Notes: generated from the letters alone by a model not told the origin. Shown: positions 49,243-64,000, numbered from the stretch's first letter. The stretch: DNA of 64,000 nucleotides from Eledone cirrhosa (GCA_964016885.1 OZ024756.1:11780001-11844000); one strand, 5' to 3'. Numbers and translations are program-made.

Positions 49243-52200
49243 GTGTGTGTGTGTTAGTGTATATATATGTATATATTCTATTCTGTGTGTGTTAGTGTAT
49301 ATATATGTATATATTCTATTCTGTGTGTGCTAGTGTATATATATGTATATATTCTATTCTCTGTGCTAGTGTATATATATGTATATATTCTATTCTGTGT
49401 GTGTTAGTGTATATATTCTATTCTGTGTGTGTTAGTGTATATATATGTATATATTCTATTCTGTGTGTGCTAGTGTATATATATGTATATATTCTATTCT
49501 GTGTGTGCTAGTGTATATATATGTATATATTCTATTCTCTGTGTTAGTGTATATATATGTATATATTCTATTCTGTGTGTGCTAGTGTATATATATGTAT
49601 ATATTCTATTCTGTGTGTGTTAGTGTATATATATGTATATATTCTATTCTCTGTGTTAGTGTATATATATGTATATATTCTATTCTGTGTGTGTTAGTGT
49701 ATATATATGTATATATTCTATTCTCTGTGCTAGTGTATATATATGTATATATTCTATTCTGTGTGTGTTAGTGTATATATATGTATATATTCTATTCTGT
49801 GTGTGCTAGTGTATATATATGTATATATTCTATTCTGTGTGTGTTAGTGTATATATATGTATATATTCTATTCTGTGTGTGTTAGTGTATATATATGTAT
49901 ATATTCTATTCTGTGTGTGCTAGTGTATATATATGTATATATTCTATTCTGTGTGTGTTAGTGTATATATATGTATATATTCTATTCTCTGTGTTAGTGT
50001 ATATATATGTATATATTCTATTCTGTGTGTGTTAGTGTATATATATGTATATATTCTATTCTGTGTGTGCTAGTGTATATATATGTATATATTCTATTCT
50101 GTGTGTGTTAGTGTATATATATGTATATATTCTATTCTGTGTGTGCTAGTGTATATATATGTATATATTCTATTCTGTGTGTGTTAGTGTATATATATGT
50201 ATATATTCTATTCTGTGTGTGTTAGTGTATATATATGTATATATTCTATTCTCTGTGTTAGTGTATATATATGTATATATTCTATTGTGTGTGTGCTAGT
50301 GTATATATATGTATATATTCTATTCTCTGTGCTAGTGTATATATATGTATATATTCTATTCTGTGTGTGTTAGTGTATATATATGTATATATTCTATTCT
50401 GTGTGTGCTAGTGTATATATATGTATATATTCTATTCTGTGTGTGTTAGTGTATATATATGTATATATTCTATTCTGTGTGTGTTAGTGTATATATATGT
50501 ATATATTCTATTCTGTGTGTGCTAGTGTATATATATGTATATATTCTATTCTGTGCTGTGTGTGTTAGTGTATATATATGTATATATTCTATTCTGTGTG
50601 TGTTAGTGTATATATATGTATATATTCTATTCTGTGTGTGCTAGTGTATATATATATGTATATATTCTATTCTGTGTGTGCTAGTGTATATATATGTATA
50701 TATTCTATTCTGTGTGTGCTAGTGTATATATATGTATATATTCTATTCTGTGTGTGTTAGTGTATATATATGTATATATTCTATTCTGTGTGTGCTAGTG
50801 TATATATATGTATATATTCTATTCTGTGCTGTGTGTGTTAGTGTATATATATGTATATATTCTATTCTGTGTGTGTTAGTGTATATATATGTATATATTC
50901 TATTCTCTGTGTTAGTGTATATATATGTATATATTCTATTGTGTGTGTGCTAGTGTATATATATGTATATATTCTATTCTCTGTGCTAGTGTATATATAT
51001 GTATATATTCTATTCTGTGTGTGTTAGTGTATATATATGTATATATTCTATTCTGTGTGTGCTAGTGTATATATATGTATATATTCTATTCTGTGTGTGT
51101 TAGTGTATATATATGTATATATTCTATTCTGTGTGTGTTAGTGTATATATATGTATATATTCTATTCTGTGTGTGCTAGTGTATATATATGTATATATTC
51201 TATTCTGTGCTGTGTGTGTTAGTGTATATATATGTATATATTCTATTCTGTGTGTGTTAGTGTATATATATGTATATATTCTATTCTGTGTGTGCTAGTG
51301 TATATATATATGTATATATTCTATTCTGTGTGTGCTAGTGTATATATATGTATATATTCTATTCTGTGTGTGCTAGTGTATATATATGTATATATTCTAT
51401 TCTGTGTGTGTTAGTGTATATATATGTATATATTCTATTCTGTGTGTGCTAGTGTATATATATGTATATATTCTATTCTGTGTGTTAGTGTATATATATG
51501 TATATATTCTATTCTGTGTGTGTTAGTGTATATATATGTATATATTCTATTCTGTGTGTGTTAGTGTATATATATGTATATATTCTATTCTGTGTGTTAG
51601 TGTATATATATGTATATATTCTATTCTGTGTGTGTTAGTGTATATATATGTATATATTCTATTGTGTGTGTGTTAGTGTATATATATGTATATATTCTAT
51701 TCTCTGTGTTAGTGTATATATATGTATATATTATATTCTGTGTGTGCTAGTGTATATATATGTATATATTCTATTCTCTGTGCTAGTGTATATATATGTA
51801 TATATTCTATTCTGTGTGTGCTAGTGTATATATATGTATATATTCTATTCTGTGTGTGTTAGTGTATATATATGTATATATTCTATTCTGTGTGTGCTAG
51901 TGTATATATATGTATATATTCTATTCTGTGTGTGTTAGTGTATATATATGTATATATTCTGTTCTGTGTGTGCTAGTGTATATATATGTATATATTCTAT
52001 TCTCTGTGTTAGTGTATATATATGTATATATTCTATTCTGTGTGTGTTAGTGTATATATATGTATATATTATATTATGTGTGTGTTAGTGTATATATATA
52101 TGTATATATTCTATTCTCTGTGTTAGTGTATATATATGTATATATTCTATTCTGTGTGTGCTAGTGTATATATATGTATATATTCTATTCTGTGTGTGTT

Positions 52201-55200
52201 AGTGTATATATATGTATATATTCTATTCTGTGTGTGCTAGTGTATATATATGTATATATTCTATTCTGTGTGTGTTAGTGTATATATACATATATATTCT
52301 ATTCTGTGTGTGTTAGTGTATATATATGTATATATTCTATTCTGTGTGTGCTAGTGTATATATATGTATATATTCTATTCTGTGTGTGTTAGTGTATATA
52401 TATGTATATATTCTATTCTCTGTCTTAGTGTATATATATGTATATATTCTATTCTCTGTCTTAGTGTATATATATGTATATATTCTATTGTGTGTGTGCT
52501 AGTGTATATATATGTATATATTCTATTCTGCGTGTGTTAGTGTATATATATGTATATATTCTATTCTGTGTGTGTTAGTGTATATATATGTATATATTCT
52601 ATTCTCTGTGTTAGTGTATATATACGTATATATTCTATTCTGTGTGGGCTAGTGTATATATATGTATATATTCTATTCTGTGTGTGTTAGTGTATATATA
52701 TGTATATATTCTATTCTGTGTGTGTTAGTGTATATATATGTATATATTCTATTCTCTGTGTTAGTGTATATATATGTATATATTCTATTCTGTGTGTGTT
52801 AGTGTATATATATGTATATATTCTATTCTCTGTGTTAGTGTATATATATGTATATATTCTATTGTGTGTGTGCTAGTGTATATATATGTATATATTCTAT
52901 TCTCTGTGCTAGTGTATATATATGTATATATTCTATTCTGTGTGTGCTAGTGTATATATATGTATATATTCTATTCTGTGTGTGTTAGTGTATATATATG
53001 TATATATTCTATTCTCTGTGTTAGTGTATATATATGTATATATTCTATTCTCTGTGTTAGTGTATATATATGTATATATTCTATTCTCTGTGTTAGTGTA
53101 TATATATGTATATATTCTATTCTGTGTGTGTTAGTGTATATATATGTATATATTCTATTCTCTGTGTTAGTGTATATATATGTATATATTCTATTGTGTG
53201 TGTGCTAGTGTATATATATGTATATATTCTATTCTCTGTGCTAGTGTATATATATGTATATATTCTATTCTGTGTGTGTTAGTGTATATATATGTATATA
53301 TTCTATTCTGTGTGTGCTAGTGTATATATATGTATATATTCTATTCTGTGTGTGTTAGTGTATATATATGTATATATTCTATTCTGTGTGTGTTAGTGTA
53401 TATATATGTATATATTCTATTCTGTGTGTGCTAGTGTATATATATGTATATATTCTATTCTGTGCTGTGTGTGTTAGTGTATATATATGTATATATTCTA
53501 TTCTGTGTGTGTTAGTGTATATATATGTATATATTCTATTCTGTGTGTGCTAGTGTATATATATGTATATATTCTATTCTGTGTGTGCTAGTGTATATAT
53601 ATGTATATATTCTATTCTGTGTGTGCTAGTGTATATATATGTATATATTCTATTCTGTGTGTGTTAGTGTATATATATGTATATATTCTATTCTGTGTGT
53701 GCTAGTGTATATATATGTATATATTCTATTCTGTGTGTTAGTGTATATATATGTATATATTCTATTCTGTGTGTGTTAGTGTATATATATGTATATATTC
53801 TATTCTGTGTGTGTTAGTGTATATATATGATATATTCTATTCTCTGTGCTAGTGTATATATATGTATATATTCTATTGTGTGTGTGTTAGTGTATATATA
53901 TGTATATATTCTATTCTGTGTGTGTTAGTGTATATATATGTATATATTCTATTCTGTGTGTGCTAGTGTATATATATGTATATATTCTATTCTCTGTGTT
54001 AGTGTATATATATGTATATATTCTATTCTGTGTGTGTTAGTGTATATATATGTATATATTCTATTGTGTGTGTGTTAGTGTATATATATGTATATATTCT
54101 ATTCTCTGTGTTAGTGTATATATATGTATATATTATATTCTGTGTGTGCTAGTGTATATATATGTATATATTCTATTCTCTGTGCTAGTGTATATATATG
54201 TATATATTCTATTCTGTGTGTGCTAGTGTATATATATGTATATATTCTATTCTGTGTGTGTTAGTGTATATATATGTATATATTCTATTCTGTGTGTGCT
54301 AGTGTATATATATGTATATATTCTATTCTGTGTGTGTTAGTGTATATATATGTATATATTCTGTTCTGTGTGTGCTAGTGTATATATATGTATATATTCT
54401 ATTCTCTGTGTTAGTGTATATATATGTATATATTCTATTCTGTGTGTGTTAGTGTATATATATGTATATATTATATTCTGTGTGTGTTAGTGTATATATA
54501 TATGTATATATTCTATTCTCTGTGTTAGTGTATATATATGTATATATTCTATTCTGTGTGTGCTAGTGTATATATATGTATATATTCTATTCTGTGTGTG
54601 TTAGTGTATATATATGTATATATTCTATTCTGTGTGTGCTAGTATGTATATATTCTATTCTGTGTGTGTTAGTGTATATATACATATATATTCTATTCTG
54701 TGTGTGTTAGTGTATATATATGTATATATTCTATTCTGTGTGTGCTAGTGTATATATATGTATATATTCTATTCTGTGTGTGTTAATGTATATATATGTA
54801 TATATTCTATTCTCTGTGCTAGTGTATATATATGTATATATTCTATTCTGTGCTGTGTGTGTTAGTGTATATATATGTATATATTCTATTCTCTGTGTTA
54901 GTGTATATATATGTATATATTCTATTCTCTGTGCTAGTGTATATATATGTATATATTCTATTGTGTGTGTGTTAGTGTATATATATGTATATATTCTATT
55001 CTGTGTGTGCTAGTGTATATATATGTATATATTCTATTCTGTGTGTGTTAGTGTATATATATGTATATATTCTATTCTGTGTGTGCTAGTGTATATATAT
55101 GTATATATTCTATTCTCTGTGTGCTAGTGTATATATATGTATATATTCTATTCTCTGTGTTAGTGTATATATATGTATATATTCTATTCTGTGTGTGCTA

Positions 55201-55702
55201 GTGTATATATATGTATATATTCTATTCTGTGTGTGTTAGTGTATATATATGTATATATTCTATTCTGTGTGTGCTAGTGTATATATATGTATATATTCTA
55301 TTCTGTGTGTGTTAGTGTATATATATGTATATATTCTATTCTGTGTGTGCTAGTGTATATATATGTATATATTCTATTCTGTGTGCTAGTGTATATGTAT
55401 ATATATATATATTCTATTCTGTGTGTGTTAGTGTATATATATGTATATATTCTATTCTCTGTGCTAGTGTATATATATGTATATATTCTATTCTCTGTGC
55501 TAGTGTATATATATGTATATATTCTATTCTCTGTGTTAGTGTATATATATGTATATATTCTATTCTGTGTGTGTTAGTGTATATATATGTATATATTTTA
55601 TTCTCTGTGCTAGTGTATATATATGTATATATTCTATTCTGTGTGTGTTAGTGTATATATATGTATATATTCTATTCTGTGTGTGTTAGTGTATATATAT
55701 AT
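49243..55702 (+). repeat. Satellite array, 38-bp unit tagtgtatatatatgtatatattctattctgtgtgtg(t/c), ~170 copies
   Basis: Direct reading; 36-bp and 43-bp variants occur. Confidence 0.98.
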
Positions 55703-56316
55703 GTAAGACTACGTTGGTATGGTCACGTGATGCGCATGTAAGACGACAGCTGTATAAAAAAGTGCAGGGCAATAAAGATAGACAGTAGCCACGGAGTAGG
55801 CAGACCCAGAAAAACCTGGGACGACTTGATAAATTCTGACCTCACACACTTACACCTCTCCAAGACAATGTCACTGGACCGAGATCTTTGGCGCTACACA
55901 GTAATAGAGAAGACCCGCCTTACCTAAGTGCAAAGTGAAACCTACTACAGTCAGTAGGCACCTCTAACAAAATACACCCCCGTCCCACTACCCCCACCTC
56001 ATCCACACCACCCCTTTCAATGTACAGTTATGTTGGTACCACAACATCCAGCCCGAAACAAATGAGGTCGTGTAGGTGTCACGACAAAAAAAACACACAG
56101 TCCACGCTGTAATGTGGCCGTGTAGGTAACACCGTAAAAACCTCCCAGTTCCACACTGTAAATGTGGTTGGTGTTAGGAAGGGCATCCAGCCGTAGAAAA
56201 CCCGCCAGACAGTCCTATGCGAGCAAGATAGCCACTCTTGCCTCAAGTGGGAAAACCCTCCGTCCAAACCCATGCAAGCGTGGAACACGGACGTTAAACG
56301 ATGATGATGATAATGA
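55703..56316 (+). mobile_element. 5'-truncated RTE LINE (ORF C-terminus, 3' UTR, (GAT)n tail)
   Basis: RLRWYGHVMRM/DDSCIKKCRAIKIDSSHGVGRPRKTWDDLINSDL is a typical RTE C-terminus. Confidence 0.88.
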
Positions 56317-56600
56317 TACTATTTTCTGTGCTAGTGTATATATATATACTATTCTATGTATTAGTCTTGCCTTAGATATCATCATCATCACAATAGACTT
56401 ACACATGTTGGCTGTTTTCTTCTCTGGGCATCCTTGATTCTCTCTCTGTGTAAGTCTGTGTAGATATATGCATGTATGTATATATGTATGCTTATATATA
56501 TATTTATATATATATATATTTATATATATATATATACACGTGTGTATGTGTATACATCTATATATATACACGTGTGTATATGTATACATCTAAATGTATG

Positions 56601-56653
<53 letters not shown>

Positions 56654-56691
56654 TTATATATATATACACATGTGTGTGCGTGTGTTTCTAT

Positions 56692-56752
<61 letters not shown>

Positions 56753-57035
56753 TATATATATGTGTGTATATATAATTAATGTATTTTATGTTATTTTCAT
56801 ATTTTCTTTATCCTGCACCATTTCTCCAATGATTTAGTTAACTACAAATAATATTTATATTATTTCCTCTGTGTCGTGGCTTTTTATTTTTGTTTTTTTC
56901 TTATCATCTGAACAAATACCCCCCACATCACCATTTTTGTTTCTCTTTTCTCTCCTGCTGGCTTGCCAAATTGACATTTTGAATTAGTTTTAGGGAATAT
57001 ATATATATATATAGATATGTATATGATGATGATAA

Positions 57036-57108
57036 TAATTGTTTCTACTTTTGGCACAAGGCCAGCAATTAACCAGTGTATTACTGGTACTTTCTTTTAT
57101 CAACCCCA
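57036..57108 (-). mobile_element. SINE family A 3' fragment
   Basis: Reverse complement of the tail and core. Confidence 0.75.
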
Positions 57109-57167
57109 TGATGATGATAATAATGATGATATATATATATATATATGTGTGTATGTATATATATGTA

Positions 57168-57751
57168 TCTGTATATATATAAAAATGTAGTTTTCTGTAT
57201 GTGTCTGTATTATGTGTGTGTGGACAACTTTTAATGAGGGCTCATATATTCTAAATCATTCATGCGATATCTTGGAAATTTTTTTGCACACAACCTGTAC
57301 ATGATCTACAAAGGCTTTCAAAAATCGATATTGGGGCCTTTGGAGACATTAAAAAAGTTTCGGTTATATGTGTGAATTTTCGTGATTAAGTAAGACAAGA
57401 GATACCTTTTGTCAATACAATAGGAACTCATTTTTGATGTTGTCAAAAATTTTGTTTTGGGATTTTGATTATTACAATTCGCCTCATTCGGATTTTACTT
57501 TACTCTTTGTACTTGAAACAAAAGGTTTTACTGTTGTCAAAAGAATGTATACCTAGACTGGATTTCTGTTGTTACATGGGCTAATGGATGACACCGAGCT
57601 CACATATTAATTATTTTGCTGGAATAGTGCCTAAGGATTTCATGTTTACATAAAGTACGTTTTTCTTCTATGTATTCAAATTTACTTTGTTTAGTTTAAT
57701 GAGCTACATGGAAAGCTACTTGAACCATCCAAAGGACGGGTACTTTAGCTA

Positions 57752-57752
<1 letters not shown>
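57168..57752 (+). mobile_element. Non-autonomous Helitron family H3
   Basis: A|TC tctgtatatatataaaaa start; 3' hairpin ccatcc-aaa-ggacgg, then CTAG|T. Confidence 0.75.
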
Positions 57753-57797
<45 letters not shown>

Positions 57798-57919
57798 CCT
57801 GGGTTCATTCGGGGGTAACCACAGTAAGTAAGGTACTCAATACATAGCAGAGTATAAATGTTTAATATAGAAATGGCTTCTACAGGACTAGAACTGTTTC
57901 CTTCGAAGGAAATCATTAG
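57798..57919 (-). mobile_element. Third, truncated copy of the hammerhead-bearing ~165-bp element (core mutated to CTAATGA)
   Basis: Homologous to 32060-32183. Confidence 0.75.
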
Positions 57920-58390
57920 TGTGTGTGTGTGTTTGTGTTAGTGTGTGTGTGTTAGTGTGTGTGTGTGTTCGTGTTAGTGTGTAATTAAATTCATCACATT
58001 TCATACAGGTATTATGAATGCACATAGCCTAGTGGTTAAGGTACTGAATTCATGATAAAAAAAAATCTCCTCAAGAAAGGCAAAAGTTTAACGGGCAAAA
58101 AAGTATATAAATAAAACCAATGCAAGAGTTATATAAAAATAAAATAAGGAAATATAGTTAGGGTATGTGTATAAATGTGTGTATATTCACTCACAAATGT
58201 ACATATGTGTGTATGTACAAATGCATGTGTATAGTGAAAAAATGTGTGCGTAAGTACATATATGAGGGCAAGCATATCAGTGTATGTGTGACCACAAATA
58301 TGTATATAATATATGTTTCAGAAAGAAATTGTAAGATAATAGAGTTAACGTACATCCAGACTTTTTCAATTTTCAATGGAAACTTCAATA

Positions 58391-58439
<49 letters not shown>

Positions 58440-60218
58440 ATACCTTAATAATTATATATATATATATATATATATATTTCGTTTCTGAATTTGCTTAGCA
58501 AGATTCTTTATCTGAAAACAGAGACAAAGAGGACGACTGACCAACTAGCTGCTCGGCCAGTCGCCCTCAAAGTGGTGGCAACTAAATCTACTAATGAACA
58601 TTTGGTGAGGGGGCGAAGGCTTATAATGCACTACCACCTCTCCGTCAAAGAAAAAGGGGAAGAAAGAAAGAAAGGGAGAAAGAAGTCAGTGTAAGGGTCA
58701 CACTACATTCATGCTAAAAAATGCACCGAAAAAATGATATCACCGGATTCATATGGAACCCGGTCATTGAAATGATCATAGTATAATAAACCATTCAATG
58801 ATTTACACCAGTCGAGCCTCCTGTTATTTTATTTTATTTATATTTATATATATATATATCCCCATTGTGTTGTATATATAAATCATAGAAACGTAGATTA
58901 TTGGAGATGTTGATGACGATAAGAATATACCTTTGTGATTGGCTTATTTTAGACTAGGTTGTTGTTGTTGTTGTTGTTGTTGTTACTGTTGTTTCAGTAT
59001 AATAGATTGCTTGCATCCTAAGTTCATTGTAATAATTAAAAATGTACACAGTTGGACCTTTTCATCTTTTAATCAAATATACAAATATCTAAAAAATACT
59101 AAATTGCTTCTTCTCTCCCCCCTCCTCGTTCCATTTCTCTTTCTACCCCCTCTCTCTCTCTCTCCCTCCCCCCATTTCTCTCTTTCTCTCTCATATAAGA
59201 TTCCATTGCTCTTATTCTACTCACCAAACAAGAAAAGATGTCAAAAAAAAAAAAGAACAAGAAAGGAAAAATTCTGAAAGAAAGAAATCTAAAGATTATT
59301 GAAAATGTTGATTTCTCTGTTGTTGTTGTTGTTGTTGTTATATATTTATTGTTATTATTATTATATTTGTTTTCGTCACTGAGAGTAAATAGAGCAGAGA
59401 GTAAATATTTGAAGTGAAAATGATGTCAAAATGTAAATATTTAGACAGTGGGAGGGTTGTCTTACTAATGAAACATAGCTCTATATTAACAACCAAGTAA
59501 ACATCAAACCTGCCAAGTAAATACCAAAGTTGCCTGCTGAGAAAATAGGATGAGGTGGAGGCACTGTTTGTTTTTAGTTGTTGTTCTTTTTTAACCTATT
59601 TGTTACCATAATTCTAATGAAAGACACTGTCAACCAGTTTCAAATCATTCTGAAAGTAATCAATGATTTAAAGGGATTTAGTAATGGAACTAACTTTCTT
59701 ATTATTAAGCTGGTTTTTGGAACATAACTTAACTCTTTTGTTACCATATTACTTATAAAAGACACTGCTTATGATTTTAAATAACTTTTGTAAATAATCA
59801 AGGATTTGAAGGGATTTAGTAATATAATTAACTTTCTCGTTTCCATCGTATTAAGCTTTCATTACAATATTTCTAATGAAAAACACTGCTGATGATATTC
59901 AAATCATTGTGAAAATATTCGAAATTTAATTAACTTTCTCTTTATTAAGCTGGTGTTTCGAACATAACAAAGGTTTTTATATAAGATTATGAGGAGAGGA
60001 TTTTAGATAATTCTAGACCTCCTGTGACCCATTGGGTCATGTTCACTTAAAAAGACTTTTTTAAATAATTAAAATATACACAGACATGTATATAATATAA
60101 AATTGAAAGCCTGTATATATATAGTAATAATAATAAATTTGAAGACTAAAATCCAAAGAGGGCTCGATAAGGATAAATATATATCAGAACCATAGAGAAT
60201 ATTTATTAAAATAACAGA

Positions 60219-60303
<85 letters not shown>

Positions 60304-60441
60304 GTATATGTCTGTGTATATGTGTGTATGTATGTGTGTGTGACCTATATACACTGGTCACACACATATATGTACACACAACACCACCACCAGGGCGCTC
60401 TCTCTCTCTTCCATTTTCCTCCTCTGCCTCCCTCCCTCTCC

Positions 60442-60504
<63 letters not shown>

Positions 60505-60559
60505 TTTGTCTTTCAATCTACTCTCTCACAACCACTATCTCTTTCTCTTTATTTATGAA

Positions 60560-60742
60560 GGTACCCGGAAAAACCCTGTATCTTAGGAACCCGTGCTCTG
60601 ATTTACGTGAAACTTGTTTTATTTGATTTGTATTCTCATTTCAGAGGCAGCTTCCTTTCAAAGTATTTTCCCATTATGCACCATTTTGGCTGTATTAAAT
60701 AACAGACAAACACACAATCACAGAGTTTTAGTAATATATAGA
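60560..60742 (-). mobile_element. Possible Helitron 5' fragment
   Basis: On -: a|tctatatattactaaaactctgtgattgtgtgtttgtctg. Confidence 0.45.
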
Positions 60743-60891
60743 TATACAAGCAAAGTCATGTAAATGTAACGGACCTCTTCAACTTTTACGAAGTGCTGAG
60801 GGGAGAGAGTTAATGTAAAGTGTGGAGATGCTCAGCTGATGGCACCTTTTTTGTTCCATCTCTAAGGGCTTTCACCCTATTTTATAAGGTA

Positions 60892-61533
60892 CTAGCAGTG
60901 GTACCCGGCGTTGCACGAGATAAGGTATTTTGGAACGTGGGCTGCCAACAGACCTAATCGTGGAAAAACTGCATGCCTGGACAATATGTAAAGAAAATAA
61001 ACTGAATACTCTGATGGCTAGATAATCTTTAAGATTTTCCTCGATGAAGCAGGAAAAATGCAGGTTTTCACCTAATGCGGGCCCTAGTGGATCAAGAAAA
61101 TGAATTTTTTTTATGTGCATAATATGTCTTGAAATTTCGGGAAAATCGGCTACACGTAACACCTCAACAAAGCCCTAAAAGGCTGGGAAAAAAATGAAGT
61201 TTTTCACCTAATGCGGGCCCTGGGCCATGAAAAAGTTGGATTTTCTTTGCTCACGGTATGAAGAAGAGACTGACTAATACATAGTTACAATTTCAAGGAA
61301 ATCGGTCTGACGTAAGGCCTCAAAACACCCCTAAAAAGCTGAAAAAAACGCAGTTTTTCACAATGTGAGCCCTAGGGGATCAAAAAGTTGAATTTTTTAT
61401 GTGCATAACACTCCCTGAAACATAAGTAATACACATGTAAAGTTTGAAAAAATCGGTTGGGTACTTCTCGAGTTTTAGGGATTCAAACTGACAGACACAC
61501 ACAGACAGACATCCTCGGTTTTATATAGAGAGA
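60892..61533 (-). mobile_element. Non-autonomous Helitron family H1, internally deleted copy
   Basis: Reverse-complement homolog of 38096-38897 with A|TC...CTAG|T ends. A further fragment lies at ~61570-61663. Confidence 0.85.
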
Positions 61534-61889
61534 TTTTAAAGCATCTCTGCACCTATGCACGCTACTCGTTTTTTTTATGTGCATAATATGTCTTGAAATT
61601 TTGGGAAAATCGGCTACACGTAACACCTCAAAAAAGCCCTAAAAGGCTGGGAAAAAAATGAAGTATCTACCGATACAGCCAATCTACCGCTCTTGGAGGA
61701 TGATAATAATGTAGAAATGTGAGGTTGTTAAGTGTTGTTAGAGTGTTTTGTTTTATTGATGGTTGTCTAAGGTATGCTGTAGCAGTTGGACACAGCATAT
61801 ACTGTCTCTCTTACATAAGAAGGGGGGGGTCTGTGTCATCATCATAGCCCTTGTTTTTGCCATCATTGTCATCATTATTATTATCATCA

Positions 61890-62082
61890 GCAGTGGATTG
61901 GTAGTATCGGTAGAGGGTCGGATGCCATGCTTTGCAGCATAGAGTTACGTCCCTTTACGATCTGAGTTCAAATCCCGCCGAGGTTGACTTTGCCTTTCAT
62001 CCTTACGGGGTCGATAAAATGAAGTACCAGTAATGCACTGAGTAATTGCTGGCCTTGTGCCTAAAAGTAGAAACAATTATTA
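61890..62082 (+). mobile_element. SINE family A, full length
   Basis: Flanked by near-duplicated attattatcatc..agca. Confidence 0.88.
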
Positions 62083-62091
62083 TCATCATCA

Positions 62092-62272
62092 GCAAGGGCT
62101 GTAACTCTATGCGACGCCATGCTTTGACACATAGAGTTACGGCCCTTGCCATTCTGAGTTCAAATCCCGCCAAGGTTAACTTTGCCTTTCATCCTTACGG
62201 GGGTCGATAAAATAAAGTACCAGTAATGCACTGGGGTAATTGCTGGCCTTGTGCCAAAAGTAGAAACATTTA
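62092..62272 (+). mobile_element. 5'-truncated SINE family A with 5' fold-back
   Basis: 62092-62113 is an inverted copy of 62128-62149. Confidence 0.82.
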
Positions 62273-62371
62273 TTACTGTCATCATTAGATGGTTTGAGAA
62301 AATGGCATGGTGGTATTTCTGTTCCTATGTATTCTGAGTTCAAATCCTGCTCAGGCCATACATTTATATAT

Positions 62372-62409
<38 letters not shown>

Positions 62410-63012
62410 ATATTGTATATCATCATCATCATATATGATGATGTGTGTGTGTGTATATATTACCCCCTCTCTCTATCCCTGTTCACCCCCTCACTACATC
62501 CCCATACTCTAACTACACTGACTCTTTAACCCTGCCTATCTCTCTACCATGCCCCGTGTAGCCAGTTTACAACCAGTTTGAACAGAAATAGGTGAGAGAG
62601 TGCTGGCCGTATATGGCTGGTTTAACCTTTTAGAATTTACATTACTCTATATATACTGTTATATTTTCATGGTAACGGCTTTACCTCACATAACATCGAA
62701 TCTATGAGATTTTGATATTATTTATTTTCAGAGAAATACCATAACATCAGTATGAGTGGCCAGTTTAGAGCCAATTTGAACAGAAATAAGTGAGAGAATG
62801 CTGGCCGGATATGGCCGGTTTAAATGTTAAACCGTTTGTGTGAAGACACCATAACCTCTCTAGTTGTTATCTTCACCATAAAAACATCCAGTTGTAATCT
62901 TCTCAAGGGTTAGGAGGATCCTTTAGTTATATCAGACACAAGGACCGAACCTTTGCTAGCAGGGAAAGCTTATGTTAAATGATGACGATGAGACATATTT
63001 ATATATATATAT

Positions 63013-63655
63013 CATCATCATCATCATCATCACCGTTTTACGTCCGTTCTTCCACGCTAGCATGGGTTAGACGGGTTGTCCTGTTGTGGGCAGTGTCTGG
63101 TCGGCTGACCATGCCTTGCTCATACAGGAACTGATCTGGCTTGATTTCTACAGCTGGATGCCCTTCCTAACACCAACCTCATTTACAGTGAGTGCTGGGT
63201 GCTTTTTCGTGGCGCCTACACGTCCACTTTACAGTGTGGGCTGGGTGCTTTTTTGCCGTGGCACCTCCACGACCACCTTGCGGTGGGGGGGGGGGGGGGG
63301 CATATTGTTTATATGCTTCAGCATGTACCCATGGGAGGTCGGGTACCCTGTATTACTGCGTGACGCCAGAAGTCACGGTCGTGTGTCATTGACTTTGAGA
63401 GGTGTAGTTGGGTAAGGTCGGCTTTTATCACCTCATCCCAAGTCATCTTGGGTCTCCCCACTCCGCGGTTTCCATCAACTTCTAGTGCTCTGCACCTTTT
63501 TATGCAGCTGTCATCCTTCATACGCATCACATGTCCATACCAGCGTAACCGCCTCTCCTGCACGCAGCATTTGATTCCTCTTATGCTCAGTCTCTCTCTC
63601 AATTCATTTATGCTTTGTCGTTCACGTATATTACTGTTACACATCCATCGGAGCA
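63013..63655 (-). mobile_element. 5'-truncated RTE LINE (ORF C-terminus, 3' UTR, tail)
   Basis: MLRWMCN...LRERL.I.GI...VQERRLRWYGHVMRM...GRPKMTW; (ATG)n tail. Confidence 0.9.
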
Positions 63656-63821
63656 TATATATATATATATATGCAAAAGTTCTATTTAAATTGTTGGGAT
63701 ACAACAAGCAAATATTTTTATAACTGATATAAAGCACTCGACAAGTATTTGGAGTAAATATACGATATTAACAAATGGAAGCTATATTTATAAAACCATA
63801 TCTATTTTATTATACATATTT

Positions 63822-64000
63822 CGGAAGAAGGGTTTCTCCCTGCGTACGAAAGGCCGGTTGTATGATGCCTGTGTGAGGAGCGCGATGCTGCATGGTAGCG
63901 AGACATGGGCAGCAACTGCAGAGGATATGCGACGGCTGGAGAGAAATGAGGCAAGCATGCTCCGTTGGATGTGCAGTGTAAATGTGCGTGAACGACCCAG
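63822..64000 (+). mobile_element. RTE LINE coding fragment running off the window end
   Basis: KKGFSLRTKGRLYDACVRSAMLHGSETWAATAEDMRRLERNEASMLRWMC. Confidence 0.88.

Noticed and set aside
58722-58785. Hammerhead with palindromic stem III atgatcat and a good stem II
   Set aside because: The 5' core reads ccgaaaa rather than CUGANGA or UUGAAAA; kept only as a probable inactive relic.

Overview
This is repeat-dominated eukaryotic DNA, probably intronic or intergenic. The repeat families suggest an octopus/cephalopod genome, which is inference. No host protein-coding gene can be supported. The long ORFs are translations of micro- and minisatellites, and the real coding remnants are retrotransposon fragments: CR1/L2-group, RTE, an R4/Dong-like endonuclease and a probable L1/Tx1 C-terminus. 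About a third of the window is three large tandem arrays (41-bp, 74-bp and 38-bp units). The rest holds two tRNA-derived SINE families and several non-autonomous Helitrons. Four observations stand out. (1) At least eight type I hammerhead-ribozyme folds, plus relics, lie in short Penelope-like fragments next to (TA)n tracts; they include U3-A8 core variants, long stem II variants and a direct-repeat pair 551 nt apart. (2) An 8.7-kb satellite of a hairpin-rich 74-bp unit begins exactly where the 3' UTR of an R4/Dong-like retrotransposon should be. (3) Fold-back inverted duplications recur at the 5' ends of SINE insertions. (4) A palindromic head-to-head Helitron junction is present. All alignments and folds were made by eye, and many boundaries are approximate.
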